Positions 1 to 9,399 of a stretch of 32,000 nt of DNA are shown here, piece by piece; position 1 is the stretch's first letter, and every line of letters starts with the position of its first letter. Below the pieces are notes generated by a model. That model was given only the letters and a program-made list of their open reading frames with translations. It was not told the DNA's origin and ran no database searches. A program made the position numbers and the translations under genes. Source of the DNA: Mycolicibacterium smegmatis (GTDB taxonomy: Bacteria; Actinomycetota; Actinomycetes; Mycobacteriales; Mycobacteriaceae); contig NZ_LN831039.1 in the NCBI RefSeq assembly GCF_001457595.1, forward strand, positions 4,650,001 to 4,682,000, written 5' to 3'.

Positions 1-880
1 TCGGACTCGGCGTCGATGATGGGAATCGGGTTGCCCGCATCATCGCCGTTGACATAGGATCCGGCTTCGCATCGAGCACCGGCCGCTCGGCGAACACGTA
101 CACCATGGTGTTGGCCGCTCGCGGATCCGTCCCGGCGGCCGGGCAGTCGGGACTGGCGCACAGGCACGCCAGCCGATCCCCACCGACGGCAATCACGCCC
201 ATCGCATCCGAACGTCGCTGCCCCGCTGTCCGCGGATCATCGACGCAGACCCCGGCCACCAATTGCGCGATCCTCTTCAGGTACGCCTCTCTGTCGGTGA
301 CGAGCACTCGCCCGTATATCGATGCCGTCCCCGTCTCGTCATCCGGCTTACCGAACCGGACGTCACGATCCCGCGCCGCCTGCCTGGTGCGCCGCACCGC
401 GGCCGGATCGTACTTCTCCAACAGGCTGTCGACACTGCGCTCCAACGCGACCACCGACATCGGCCCGAACTCATGAACGCGCGACGCCAGCTCTGCATCC
501 ACGACCGCCCACACCCGCGCATCGGTCACCAGCTGCGTCCGCCACGTCAACGTCTCCACCACCCGCGTACTCACCGCGCCCCGGGCGAACAACGCCGCCA
601 CCCGCGGCAATCGCTCACGCAACGCCTCGGCGATCCGCATCTCCTTGGACGCCGCCCGGTGCCCGATGTTCATCGCTGCGCCCACCTCAGCAGCCGTAGC
701 GTCCCAGTCATCACAGGCCCACGACACCACCGCGTCCTCCGAGGGCGCCGCTCGACGCGATGCCAGTTCAGCGATGAACGCCAACCGCCGCGCCGCAGCC
801 GCCGACTCCGCGCGCGACTCAACCTCGATACCGGCAACCAGTGCCTGATCGTCGAGGTCTTCGAACATACGTTCGATCAT
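1..880 (-). CDS. DUF222 / REP13E12-family protein (partial, C-terminus beyond left edge)
   Basis: Reverse-strand frame from ATG at 880 stays open to base 1; translation begins [43 protein letters not shown] and includes ...[40 protein letters not shown]..., typical of the DUF222/13E12 family. Not in the ORF track because it is truncated. Confidence 0.85.
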   Translation of the reverse strand, partial: MIERMFEDLDDQALVAGIEVESRAESAAAARRLAFIAELASRRAAPSEDAVVSWACDDWDATAAEVGAAMNIGHRAASKEMRIAEALRERLPRVAALFARGAVSTRVVETLTWRTQLVTDARVWAVVDAELASRVHEFGPMSVVALERSVDSLLEKYDPAAVRRTRQAARDRDVRFGKPDDETGTASIYGRVLVTDREAYLKRIAQLVAGVCVDDPRTAGQRRSDAMGVIAVGGDRLACLCASPDCPAAGTDPRAANTMVYVFAERPVLDAKPDPMSTAMMRATRFPSSTPSP

Positions 881-977
881 GCCAGAGGCCACCGACAAGC
901 AGCGTGCCCGCCAAAGAGCCTGCCCGACTCGTCGGTTTCCGGCGTGTCCGATGGCCCGAATTGGTACCAAGGACAGC

Positions 978-1838
978 ATGATCGAGGTCACCCTGCTGGG
1001 AACCGGAAGTCCCATCCCCGATCCCGACCGGGCCGGACCGTCGACGATGGTCCGCGCAGGCGGGCAGACGTTCCTCGTCGACTGCGGCCGTGGTGTACTG
1101 CAGCGACTGGCGGCCGCCGGGTCGTCAGCCTCGCAGCTCAGCGCGCTGCTCCTGACACACCTACACAGCGACCACATCGCCGATCTGGGCGACGTGATCA
1201 TCACGCGCTGGGTGAGCACGTTCACCCCCGACGCCCCACCATTGCCGATCATCGGCCCGCCGGGAACCGCGGAGGTCGTCGAAGCCACGCTCAAGGCATT
1301 CGGACACGACATCGGCTACCGCATCGCCCACCACGACGACCTCACCGCGCCCCCACCGGTGGAGGTCCACGAACACACCGAGGGCGTGGTGTGGGATCGC
1401 GACGGTGTGGTGATCCGCGTGGGCCCCACCGACCACCGGCCCGTGACGCCGACGATCGCCTTCCGTGTCGAGCACGCGGACGCATCGGTGGTGGCGGCCG
1501 GTGACAGCGTGCCGTGCGCGACACTCGACGCCCTGGCCACCGGAGCGGGGGCCCTCATCCACACCGTGATTCGCAAAGACATCATCGAAACGCTTCCGCA
1601 GCAACGCATCCGCGACATCTGCGACTACCACTCGTCGGTGCAGGAGGCCGCGGCCACCGCGGCGCGGGCCGGGGTCGGCATCCTGATCCTCACCCACTAC
1701 GTCCCGGCCATCGCCCCAGGCACCGAGGACCAGTGGCGAGAACTGGCGGCCACCGAGTTCGACCGGCAGATCGAGGTCGGCGCGGATCTGCACCGCGTGG
1801 AAGTGCACCCGGGCGTGTGCGTCAAGCCGGTCGGGTGA
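978..1838 (+). CDS. Metallo-beta-lactamase-fold hydrolase, ribonuclease Z-like
   Basis: [22 protein letters not shown]... with the [13 protein letters not shown] metal motif and C-terminal [10 protein letters not shown]; start chosen at ATG 978 rather than the ORF-track start 879. Confidence 0.88.
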   Translation: MIEVTLLGTGSPIPDPDRAGPSTMVRAGGQTFLVDCGRGVLQRLAAAGSSASQLSALLLTHLHSDHIADLGDVIITRWVSTFTPDAPPLPIIGPPGTAEVVEATLKAFGHDIGYRIAHHDDLTAPPPVEVHEHTEGVVWDRDGVVIRVGPTDHRPVTPTIAFRVEHADASVVAAGDSVPCATLDALATGAGALIHTVIRKDIIETLPQQRIRDICDYHSSVQEAAATAARAGVGILILTHYVPAIAPGTEDQWRELAATEFDRQIEVGADLHRVEVHPGVCVKPVG

Positions 1839-3338
1839 TCAGGCCGGAGAGAGCATCTTGTGCACCGTGAGCGCAACGGTGATCGGCAGCAGGTGTTGCG
1901 GATCCCCGAGGTCCGCGCCGGTAAGGCGCTCGATCCGCTCAAGGCGGTAGTACAGCGACTGCCGTCGCAGGTGGAGCCGTTTGGCGGCCTCCGCCTTGCT
2001 GCCGTTGCAGGAGATCAGCACCTCAAGTGTGTGAATGAGATGCCCGCCCTTGTCACTGTCCGCCTCGAGCAGCACCCCGATCTGGTCATCGACGAACTGC
2101 CGCAACACCTCCCGGTCTCCGAAACCGTTGAGCAGACGCTGCAGTGACAGCTCCTGCACGCCGATCACCGGCTCGAAGAGATGCAGATCCTGCCCCAACG
2201 AGAGAGTTCCGTAAGTATCCGTCATCGCCCGCGGCAGATCGGCGACGTCCCGCACGACACGGCCGACCGCAACGCAGGCCTGGCGCTGACCGCGCAATGC
2301 CCCGTCGACCGCTCGGCGCACATCTTCCGCAAGATTCCGGGAACTCTCATCTCGGGGACGAGTGACCAACGCACACAACCGACCTGCCACCACACCGAAG
2401 ATTCCGTGCCCGCACTGACGGATGGCGGCATCGACCATGCCCTCGGCGCTACGGACGCGATGCGTATCCACGGCGATGCAGACATATTCGTGGCCGGCAA
2501 CCGGCAGACCGGCTGCCTGCATCCTGGCCTGGAGCACCCCCCTGGCGACCGATCGGTTTCCGACGAGTTGCTCGAGCAGGATCTGCTGAGTGCGCAGCGC
2601 ACCCGCGAGATCTTTGTGTTCACGGATCAGACAGAGTCCGAGCACCGTCGGCGCCCGATCGAGCACAGCTTCACCGAGAAGCTCTGGGGCACCAGCGGTT
2701 CCGATAACCAGCCGCCCCCACGCGACCCCGTCCACCAACACCGGCGCATCAGCGCTCGGACCGTCACCCGGATGCATCCGGCCCGCCTCCGCGACCGTGC
2801 GCCCGGCGCGATCGAGCAACTGCGCCCAGGTGCCGAGCGAGGCGGCGACCTGTGCCAGAAGTTCCGCCAGCGACGCCCCCTTCGCCAACGCCACCGACAA
2901 CGCGCGCGACGTCTCGTCGGCGTGCCGCAAGCGAACCACCGAACGGTCGATCAGTTCACTGTTCACGGTTTCGGCGACCTCCGTGAACCTCAGGGCCGGT
3001 TTCAACTCGACAATGGTCAGACCCGTATCGCAGGCCTCGTCGACCATTTCCTCAGGCACACTGGGAAAAGTCCGCCCGACTTCGAAAAGCAATGCGGCAA
3101 TGCCGATCTCAGCGAGGCTGCGCACATATCGCCGACGCCCGGCGGCGTCGACGCTGACCAACCCGACACCGTTGGTCAACAACGCTTCACCACCTCGCAG
3201 CAGTGGGGCGATGTCGACAAGGTCCGCTGAATGCACCCAGCGCACCGGTACGTCGAGGGCGCCTGCCCCGCTGCGCACTACGGGCTCGGCGGGCCGCAGC
3301 AACGGGTGGTCGAGTACCTCTCGCACACTCAAGCTCAT
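1839..3338 (-). CDS. PucR family transcriptional regulator (N-terminal purine-catabolism-regulator-like domain, C-terminal HTH)
   Basis: 499 aa; N-terminus MSLSVREVLDHPLLRPAEPVVRSGAGALDVPVRWVHSADLVDIAPLLRGGEALLTNGVGL; C-terminus NGSKAEAAKRLHLRRQSLYYRLERIERLTGADLGDPQ (PucR C-terminal HTH). Confidence 0.92.
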   Translation of the reverse strand: MSLSVREVLDHPLLRPAEPVVRSGAGALDVPVRWVHSADLVDIAPLLRGGEALLTNGVGLVSVDAAGRRRYVRSLAEIGIAALLFEVGRTFPSVPEEMVDEACDTGLTIVELKPALRFTEVAETVNSELIDRSVVRLRHADETSRALSVALAKGASLAELLAQVAASLGTWAQLLDRAGRTVAEAGRMHPGDGPSADAPVLVDGVAWGRLVIGTAGAPELLGEAVLDRAPTVLGLCLIREHKDLAGALRTQQILLEQLVGNRSVARGVLQARMQAAGLPVAGHEYVCIAVDTHRVRSAEGMVDAAIRQCGHGIFGVVAGRLCALVTRPRDESSRNLAEDVRRAVDGALRGQRQACVAVGRVVRDVADLPRAMTDTYGTLSLGQDLHLFEPVIGVQELSLQRLLNGFGDREVLRQFVDDQIGVLLEADSDKGGHLIHTLEVLISCNGSKAEAAKRLHLRRQSLYYRLERIERLTGADLGDPQHLLPITVALTVHKMLSPA

Positions 3339-3371
3339 GGACAGAATGTCTCACAAATCAGCGCGGTTTTT

Positions 3372-3393
3372 CTGACAAAGCGTCCGTTGTCAG
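3372..3393. promoter_or_regulatory. Candidate operator: inverted repeat CTGACAA-N8-TTGTCAG between the divergent PucR gene and the deacetylase operon
   Basis: Perfect 7-bp arms CTGACAA (3372-3378) and TTGTCAG (3387-3393) separated by AGCGTCCG. Each arm supplies a TTGTCA -35-like hexamer reading outward. Confidence 0.45.
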
Positions 3394-3444
3394 CAGGGTG
3401 CTGCGCACACCATTCTTGCCTCCACGACTTCGAACAGGAGAGTG

Positions 3445-4359
3445 ATGGCTCCCGAGCAATCCCCCGAACAACCGACATCGGAATACGCCGGTGCCAACAG
3501 TTGGCGTGGCGACGCCGCCGCGGTCGCCATGCTGACCTTTGCCGTGGATGGCGTCACGCCCGTCCTTGCAGCGGGCCGCAGGCACGCCGACAATGCGATG
3601 GCGATAACGCACCAACAGTTCGACGCCAGGCGCGGCGTGCCGAGACTGTTGAGCATCCTCGACGAATTCGGCATCAAGGCAACCTTCTTCGTCCCCGGTC
3701 TGTCCGCAGAACTCTGGCCCGGCGTGGTCACGGCCATCACCGAACATGGCCACGACATCGCGCACCACAGCTATTCGCACCGCCCCGCGACCGGTCTCTC
3801 GGCGATCGAGGAGCGCATCGAATTCGAGCGCGGCTGCGAGGCTTTGGCCGCCCTGGGCATCAGTGCCAGTGGATACCGGTCACCGATGTGGGCCGCGACC
3901 TGGAACAGTGCGGAACTGGCAGTGGAGCACGGCCTCACCTACGACACGAGCCTCATGGACGACGACCGTCCCTACATCATCGAGACCGATCGCGGGCCCC
4001 TCGTGGAGCTGCCGCCGCACTGGTCGCTGGACGACTGGGAGCAGTATGCATACCTGCCCGAACCACACCTCGGCTACGTGATCGAACCACCGGAGAAGGC
4101 GCTGTCCTTGTGGACCGCCGAACTCGACGGCCTGCGCGAATTCGGAGGGCTGTTCCAGTTGACCGCGCACTCGTTCCTGTCCGGCCGGGCCGGGCGGGCC
4201 CGCAACCTCCGACGAATGATCGAAATCATCTGTGAGCGTGGCGATGTCGCGTTCATGACTGGAACTCAACTCCGCGACGCCGTACTGGCCGACCCGACAG
4301 TCGAACGCCGCAAGCTGGATCGTCTCACCGTCGACCCAGCCGTATATCCGAACTGGTGA
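3445..4359 (+). CDS. Polysaccharide deacetylase (NodB fold) / PuuE-like hydrolase
   Basis: AVAMLTFAVDGVTPVL, FGIKATFFVPG, HGHDIAHHSYSHRP, GYRSPMW motifs; AGGAG upstream at 3436-3440. Confidence 0.88.
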   Translation: MAPEQSPEQPTSEYAGANSWRGDAAAVAMLTFAVDGVTPVLAAGRRHADNAMAITHQQFDARRGVPRLLSILDEFGIKATFFVPGLSAELWPGVVTAITEHGHDIAHHSYSHRPATGLSAIEERIEFERGCEALAALGISASGYRSPMWAATWNSAELAVEHGLTYDTSLMDDDRPYIIETDRGPLVELPPHWSLDDWEQYAYLPEPHLGYVIEPPEKALSLWTAELDGLREFGGLFQLTAHSFLSGRAGRARNLRRMIEIICERGDVAFMTGTQLRDAVLADPTVERRKLDRLTVDPAVYPNW

Positions 4360-4372
4360 TTGGAGCGAACAC

Positions 4373-5287
4373 GTGACCACACTCGTGACAGGCGGGCGAG
4401 GCTTCGTCGGCCGCCACCTCGTCAACCAAATGCTCGACGCCGGCGAGACCGTCGTCAGTTACAACCGCGACTACGCCGTCGACGACCGACCCGGGCTGAC
4501 CGTGGTCCAGGGTGAATTGTTCGACATCCCCCGACTGGTCGACACACTGCAGCGGCACCGCGTCGAACGCATCATCCACACGGCAGGACAAAGTCACCCG
4601 GGCGTGTCCGTGGAACTGCCGGTCACCACGTTCGCGGCCAATGCCGAAGGCACACTGTCGGTTTACGAATGCGCACGCATGGCAGGTATCGCCAGGGTGG
4701 TCAACTTCTCATCCGAATGCGCACTGGGCAATCTCCGGCCCGACGGACTGCTCACAGAAGACGTCCGACCACAGCCGACAACGGTGTACGGGGTCACCAA
4801 GGTCACCGGTGAACTTCTCGGCACGGTCTACAACGACCTCTACGACATGCAGATCGTCTCGCTGCGGGTCACCGAGGTCTACGGCCCCGGCCTGTGGATG
4901 CCCAGCCTTCTCGGCGACATGATCCGCGCGGGACTGACCGGCCGAGAGTTCCGCCTGGAGTCCGGCGCCGACCATCCGTTCCAATTCGTGCACGTCGAGG
5001 ACGTCGCGACCGCCGCTCGCCTTGCCGCCGCGGCGTCCCCCCTGACGCAACAGGCGTACAACATCTCCGGAGGGAGCCAGGTCACTGTCGCCGACACCGC
5101 CGCACTGGTGCAGAAATACCTGCCGGAAGCCAAGTTCGACATCGGGCCGGGATTTCTTCCGCAGTGGGACCGGACCGCCGAGTTCGACCTGACGGCGGCG
5201 TCACGAGATCTCGGCTACCGACCGGCCTGGGAGCTCGACCGCGGCGTCGAGGCACTCATCGAGTGGATTGCGGGAGGCGAGCGATGA
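4373..5287 (+). CDS. NAD(P)-dependent epimerase/dehydratase (extended SDR)
   Basis: TLVTGGRGFVGRHLVNQML (Rossmann GxxGxxG), NFSSECALG, YGVTKVTGE (YxxxK), HPFQFVHVEDVA; GTG start. Confidence 0.92.
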   Translation: MTTLVTGGRGFVGRHLVNQMLDAGETVVSYNRDYAVDDRPGLTVVQGELFDIPRLVDTLQRHRVERIIHTAGQSHPGVSVELPVTTFAANAEGTLSVYECARMAGIARVVNFSSECALGNLRPDGLLTEDVRPQPTTVYGVTKVTGELLGTVYNDLYDMQIVSLRVTEVYGPGLWMPSLLGDMIRAGLTGREFRLESGADHPFQFVHVEDVATAARLAAAASPLTQQAYNISGGSQVTVADTAALVQKYLPEAKFDIGPGFLPQWDRTAEFDLTAASRDLGYRPAWELDRGVEALIEWIAGGER

Positions 5288-6096
5288 GCGGCAGGCGCCG
5301 CGTCGCGGTGGTCACGGGCGCGGCGTCGGGCATCGGCCTCGCGACTGCTTCTGTCCTGGCCCGTGACGGCGCCGATGTGGCGTTGTTCTCACGCCCGCAG
5401 GACGATTTCGGCCCCGCCGAGCGCCTCGTCGCACAGAACGGCGGTCGCGCTCTCCCCCTGGGCCTGGACATCGGTGACCGAGAGGCCGTCACAGAGGCGT
5501 TCGACAAGGTCGAAGCCGACCTTGGGCCGATCGACCTGGTGCACAACAACGCGGGCATCTCGATCGTGGCACCCCTTGTCGAGACCACCGACGACATGTT
5601 CGATCAGCTGATCCGGACCAACCTTGCCGGATCCTTCTACACACTGCGCGAGGCGGCGCGCGTCATGCAGCCACGCCGGCGCGGCGCAATCGTCAACACC
5701 GCTTCCGAACTGGCCATCATCGGCCAGGCCGGCTACGTGGCCTATACCGCCACCAAGGGCGCAATCCTCGCGATGACGCGTAGTGCGGCGGCCGAACTGT
5801 CCTCGTGGGGGATCCGGGTCAACGCGGTGTGTCCCGGCACCACAAGGACGCCGATGTTCCTGGCCGAGTTCGACGGTGCCACCGACCCCGCGGCCGAGCT
5901 CGCCGACAACGAGGCGAGCGTGGCCATGGGCCGGATCGCCGAACCGCGGGAAATCGCCGAAGCCGTCGCGTTCCTGCTTTCCGATCGTGCCGGATACATC
6001 ACCGGCACCCACGTGGTTGCCGATGGCGGCCGCACCACCTGCATCCCAGTCGGCACCATCGGCGTTGCTGCGCAACAACACTCATCGAAACGGTAG
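5284..6096 (+). CDS. SDR family oxidoreductase
   Basis: VAVVTGAASGIGLATA, NNAGIS, S..YVAYTATK, VNAVCPGTTRTPM. ATG overlaps the previous stop (ATGA). The ORF-track start 4894 is an artefactual extension. Confidence 0.93.
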   Translation: MSGRRRVAVVTGAASGIGLATASVLARDGADVALFSRPQDDFGPAERLVAQNGGRALPLGLDIGDREAVTEAFDKVEADLGPIDLVHNNAGISIVAPLVETTDDMFDQLIRTNLAGSFYTLREAARVMQPRRRGAIVNTASELAIIGQAGYVAYTATKGAILAMTRSAAAELSSWGIRVNAVCPGTTRTPMFLAEFDGATDPAAELADNEASVAMGRIAEPREIAEAVAFLLSDRAGYITGTHVVADGGRTTCIPVGTIGVAAQQHSSKR

Positions 6097-6108
6097 AGAG
6101 GCACCGAT

Positions 6109-7524
6109 ATGACCAAACCCGACGCACCGCCCGTCGAGCGCGACACCCGGACTCGGCTCGAACAGCTGGGCTACAAACAGTCCCTCAAACGCCGCCTCAA
6201 CGTCGCCGAGGTTGTGGGATTGGCGATGGCGGACGTCTCGCCCACGATGGCCGTACTGTTCCTGTCCGCAGGCGTGTTCTTCGTCGGTGGCACCTTCTCG
6301 ATCGGCGCGGGCTTGATCTTGTCGGCCGTCGTCGTGCTCATAGCCCTGTGTCTGGCTGAACTTGCCGCGATGTTCCCGATCGCAGGCGGCATGTACTCAC
6401 TGGTGCAGAAGATCCTGCCGGGCCCGTTCGCCTGGGTCACGATGTTCAACTACCTGATTCAGGGAATCGTCATCCCGGCCAGCATCGCGCTGGGCATGGT
6501 CGCATTCTTGAAGGATCTGTTCCCCGCGCTCACGATGCCCGACCCTGTCCTGGCTGTCATCCTGCTGGCGGTCGCCACCGCCGTCGCACTCACCACGGTC
6601 GAGGTCGGTGCATGGGTGACCGCGATCATGGTCGTCGTCGAGTTGGCCGTCCTCGGCATCATCACGGTCGCCGCGTTTGCGCAGCCCCATCAGTCGATCG
6701 CCGAGGTGACCTTCCACCCGACGGTGCTCAGCAATGGCGAACTCATCGGCGTCGGCTTCGGGGTGATGCTCGCGACGCTGGCACCTGCCTTCAATGTGAT
6801 CAACGGTTACGACGCGTCATTGGGCTTCGCCGAAGAACTCAAGGGCGGCGAGCGCAAGATCGGTAAGGCAGTTGTCATCTCTGCGGTCCTGGCCTGTGTG
6901 TTCATCATGGTTCCGCTGACCGCCGCGGTGATCGCCGCCCCCGACCTCAAAGAGTTCTTCGAAGCCCCCTCTCCGGTGGTGTATTCGGTGGAGGCGTCCC
7001 TCGGCTCGAAAGCGGGCGCCATCGTCGACATAGGCGCCACCATCGCTTTGTTCAACGGAATGCTGGCGCTGCTCATGTATTTCGCGCGCGGTGTCTACAC
7101 CACTGGACGCGACCAGGCCTGGCCGCCTGCCGTCAACAGGTTGGTCGGCAAACTCAACCGCTTCCGCGCACCCGGCGCCGGGGTCATGGTGCTGGCTGTC
7201 CCCGCCGCGGTCCTGGTGTTCACCTCCGCGCTGAACTTCCTGATCCTCTTCGCCGGCACGGTGATCGCCGCGGTGTACTTCTGCATCGGACTGGCCGCGC
7301 TCTGGAGTCGCCGCAGCATGCCCGATGAGCCCCGGCCCTTCAAGATGCCGTTGTGGCCGGTGCCACCACTGATCGTCGTCATCTTCACCGGAGTCGCACT
7401 CGGCATGCAAGAGACCGACTATCTCATCGCCGAACTCATCTTGATCTGCCTGGCACTGGCGTGCTGGGCCGGATCGAAGCGATGGTCGCGCCCCGCCGCA
7501 CGTGATCATGACGTCGACGCCTGA
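6109..7524 (+). CDS. APC family (amino acid/polyamine-type) permease
   Basis: 471 aa with about 12 hydrophobic segments; LNVAEVVGLAMADVSPTMAVLFLS..., FNVINGYDASLGFAEELKGGERKIGKAV. Confidence 0.92.
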   Translation: MTKPDAPPVERDTRTRLEQLGYKQSLKRRLNVAEVVGLAMADVSPTMAVLFLSAGVFFVGGTFSIGAGLILSAVVVLIALCLAELAAMFPIAGGMYSLVQKILPGPFAWVTMFNYLIQGIVIPASIALGMVAFLKDLFPALTMPDPVLAVILLAVATAVALTTVEVGAWVTAIMVVVELAVLGIITVAAFAQPHQSIAEVTFHPTVLSNGELIGVGFGVMLATLAPAFNVINGYDASLGFAEELKGGERKIGKAVVISAVLACVFIMVPLTAAVIAAPDLKEFFEAPSPVVYSVEASLGSKAGAIVDIGATIALFNGMLALLMYFARGVYTTGRDQAWPPAVNRLVGKLNRFRAPGAGVMVLAVPAAVLVFTSALNFLILFAGTVIAAVYFCIGLAALWSRRSMPDEPRPFKMPLWPVPPLIVVIFTGVALGMQETDYLIAELILICLALACWAGSKRWSRPAARDHDVDA

Positions 7525-7561
7525 ACGCGACACACCAGGAGAAATCGGGAAGGAGCCCCCC

Positions 7562-8350
7562 GTGGTCACCGAAACCAGGACCACCCTCTACCAGAACCTG
7601 ACCTGGCCAGAGATTTCCGAGGCTGCGCACGACGGAACACCTGTCGTCATTCCCATCGGGGCCACCGAACAGCACGGGCATCACCTTCCGGTGTGCACAG
7701 ACTGGGTGCTGCCCGAACGCATCCTGCTGGAGGCCAGCAGGCACCGGCACTTCCTGGTCGGCCCGTTCATCCCGTTCGGGTACCGGAGCAGACCGGGAAG
7801 TGGTGGCGGGCAGCATATCCCGGGTACGGTATCGCTGCGGGCGACCACCTTCATGTCCATGTTGGAAGATGTTCTCGGCGAACTGATCCGCACCGGGTTC
7901 ACCAAGATCGTGTTGTACAACTGGCATTTCGAGAACAGCGGCTTCGTCTACGAGCCGGCGTTCATGGTCAGTGATCGGCACCCGGACGTGAAGATCGTCG
8001 TCATCGAGGATGTCAATCCGGAGTACACCCCTGAGCGGGTGGGACAGATCTGGCCGGACGAGTTCCCAGGTCTGGCATTGGAACACGCCGCGGTGATCGA
8101 GACCTCCTTGTGGATGCATCACTGTCCGGATCTGGTGCGCATCGGCGGCATCGCACCTGATCGCCCGCAACGTGTGGTCAACCACGATGTCCTCCCGATC
8201 GACCACAGGCTGTCCACCGCAAGCGGCGCGCTGTCCTCGCCGGTGCCCGCATCCGCCGACAAAGGCAAGCTGCTGACACAGTGGTTCGTCGAGCGGATCC
8301 TGAATGTGTTGGCGGACGAGTTTCCCACCACTGCCGGCGCAACAGGATGA
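7562..8350 (+). CDS. Creatininase-family amidohydrolase
   Basis: GTPVVIPIGATEQHGHHLPVCTD, TKIVLYNWHFENSGFVYE motifs; GTG start at 7562 with AGGAG at 7551-7555 preferred over the ORF-track start 7502. Confidence 0.88.
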   Translation: MVTETRTTLYQNLTWPEISEAAHDGTPVVIPIGATEQHGHHLPVCTDWVLPERILLEASRHRHFLVGPFIPFGYRSRPGSGGGQHIPGTVSLRATTFMSMLEDVLGELIRTGFTKIVLYNWHFENSGFVYEPAFMVSDRHPDVKIVVIEDVNPEYTPERVGQIWPDEFPGLALEHAAVIETSLWMHHCPDLVRIGGIAPDRPQRVVNHDVLPIDHRLSTASGALSSPVPASADKGKLLTQWFVERILNVLADEFPTTAGATG

Positions 8351-9300
8351 CCGCGGGCCCGATCGGGGCGGTGCCTGCCACCGAGGTCCCCAGATACGCA
8401 GGAAAAGCGACCTTCGCCAGGATCGCCGACATCCACGAAGTCGCCGACTATGACATCGCGATCCTCGGAGTGCCGTTCGATGGCGGAACGTCCTACCGAC
8501 CGGGTGCCCGATTCGGGCCGATGGCCGTACGGCAGGCCGCCAGAACACTCCGCCCGGACTTCCACGTCGAGTTAGGTGTCGCACCACTGCGGACCGTGCA
8601 GGTCGTCGACGCCGGGGACGTGACGGTCACGCCATATGACATCGAGACCGCGTGCACGCAGATCCAGGCACACGCCACCGAGATCCTCGGCGGCGCCGAC
8701 CGCAGGATCATCTCCATCGGCGGTGACCACACCATCGCACTGCCGAACCTACGAGCGTTGCACGCGGGTCACGGTCCGGTCGCCCTCGTACACTTCGACG
8801 CCCACCTGGACACCTGGGACACCTACTTCGCCGCGCCCGTCACCCACGGCACCATTTTCCGCAGAGCCTTCGAAGAGGGCCTCCTGGTCGAGGACCACTC
8901 GATCCACATCGGTATCCGAGGCCCGATCTATGACCGCGCGGACCTCGACGACGACGCCAGAATGGGGTTCCGGATCATCCGGGCGGGCGACCTGGACGTC
9001 GTCGGCATCGACGCCGCGGTCGACGCCGTGAAGCGTCGTGTCGGTGACACGCCGGTCTACCTGTCGGTGGACATCGACGTCCTCGACCCGGCGTTCGCCC
9101 CCGGGACGGGAACCCCCGAGTCCGGTGGACTGAGCGCTCGCGAATTGCTCGGCATGCTTCGGCGACTCAACGGCCTGAACCTGGTGGGCGCCGATGTTGT
9201 CGAGGTGGCTCCGGCCTACGACCACGCAGAGATCACGTCTGTCGCCGCCGCAACAGTGGTGTTCGATCTCGTTTCCCTGATGGTGAGAGGGTCCGGGTGA
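8347..9300 (+). CDS. Agmatinase / guanidino-acid ureohydrolase family protein
   Basis: VPFDGGTSYRPGARFGP, IISIGGDHTIALP, VALVHFDAHLDTWD, LSVDIDVLDPAFAPGTGTPESGGLS (arginase/agmatinase Mn2+ motifs all present). ATGA overlap with upstream stop. Confidence 0.93.
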   Translation: MTAGPIGAVPATEVPRYAGKATFARIADIHEVADYDIAILGVPFDGGTSYRPGARFGPMAVRQAARTLRPDFHVELGVAPLRTVQVVDAGDVTVTPYDIETACTQIQAHATEILGGADRRIISIGGDHTIALPNLRALHAGHGPVALVHFDAHLDTWDTYFAAPVTHGTIFRRAFEEGLLVEDHSIHIGIRGPIYDRADLDDDARMGFRIIRAGDLDVVGIDAAVDAVKRRVGDTPVYLSVDIDVLDPAFAPGTGTPESGGLSARELLGMLRRLNGLNLVGADVVEVAPAYDHAEITSVAAATVVFDLVSLMVRGSG

Positions 9301-9346
9301 GCCGGGTGATCACGTCCGCCGTGAGTGCGGATCACGCGATGTGACA

Positions 9347-9375
9347 TTGTCTTGCGTATCGCGTCTTCCTAATGT
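9347..9375 (+). promoter_or_regulatory. Candidate SigA-type promoter (TTGTCT-N17-TAATGT)
   Basis: TTGTCT at 9347-9352, 17-nt spacer, TAATGT at 9370-9375; located in the 99-bp gap upstream of the amidohydrolase at 9400. Confidence 0.4.
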
Positions 9376-9399
9376 CGGGCGTATGCGGAGATTCGAAGG

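Noticed and set aside
4894-5283. N-terminal extension of the SDR ORF
   Set aside because: Overlaps the epimerase gene out of frame; the Rossmann SDR start is at ATG 5284, which is coupled to the epimerase stop.
7436-8587. 383-aa minus-strand ORF across the creatininase gene
   Set aside because: Antisense shadow ORF with no coherent domain signature; the plus strand carries the conserved creatininase motifs.
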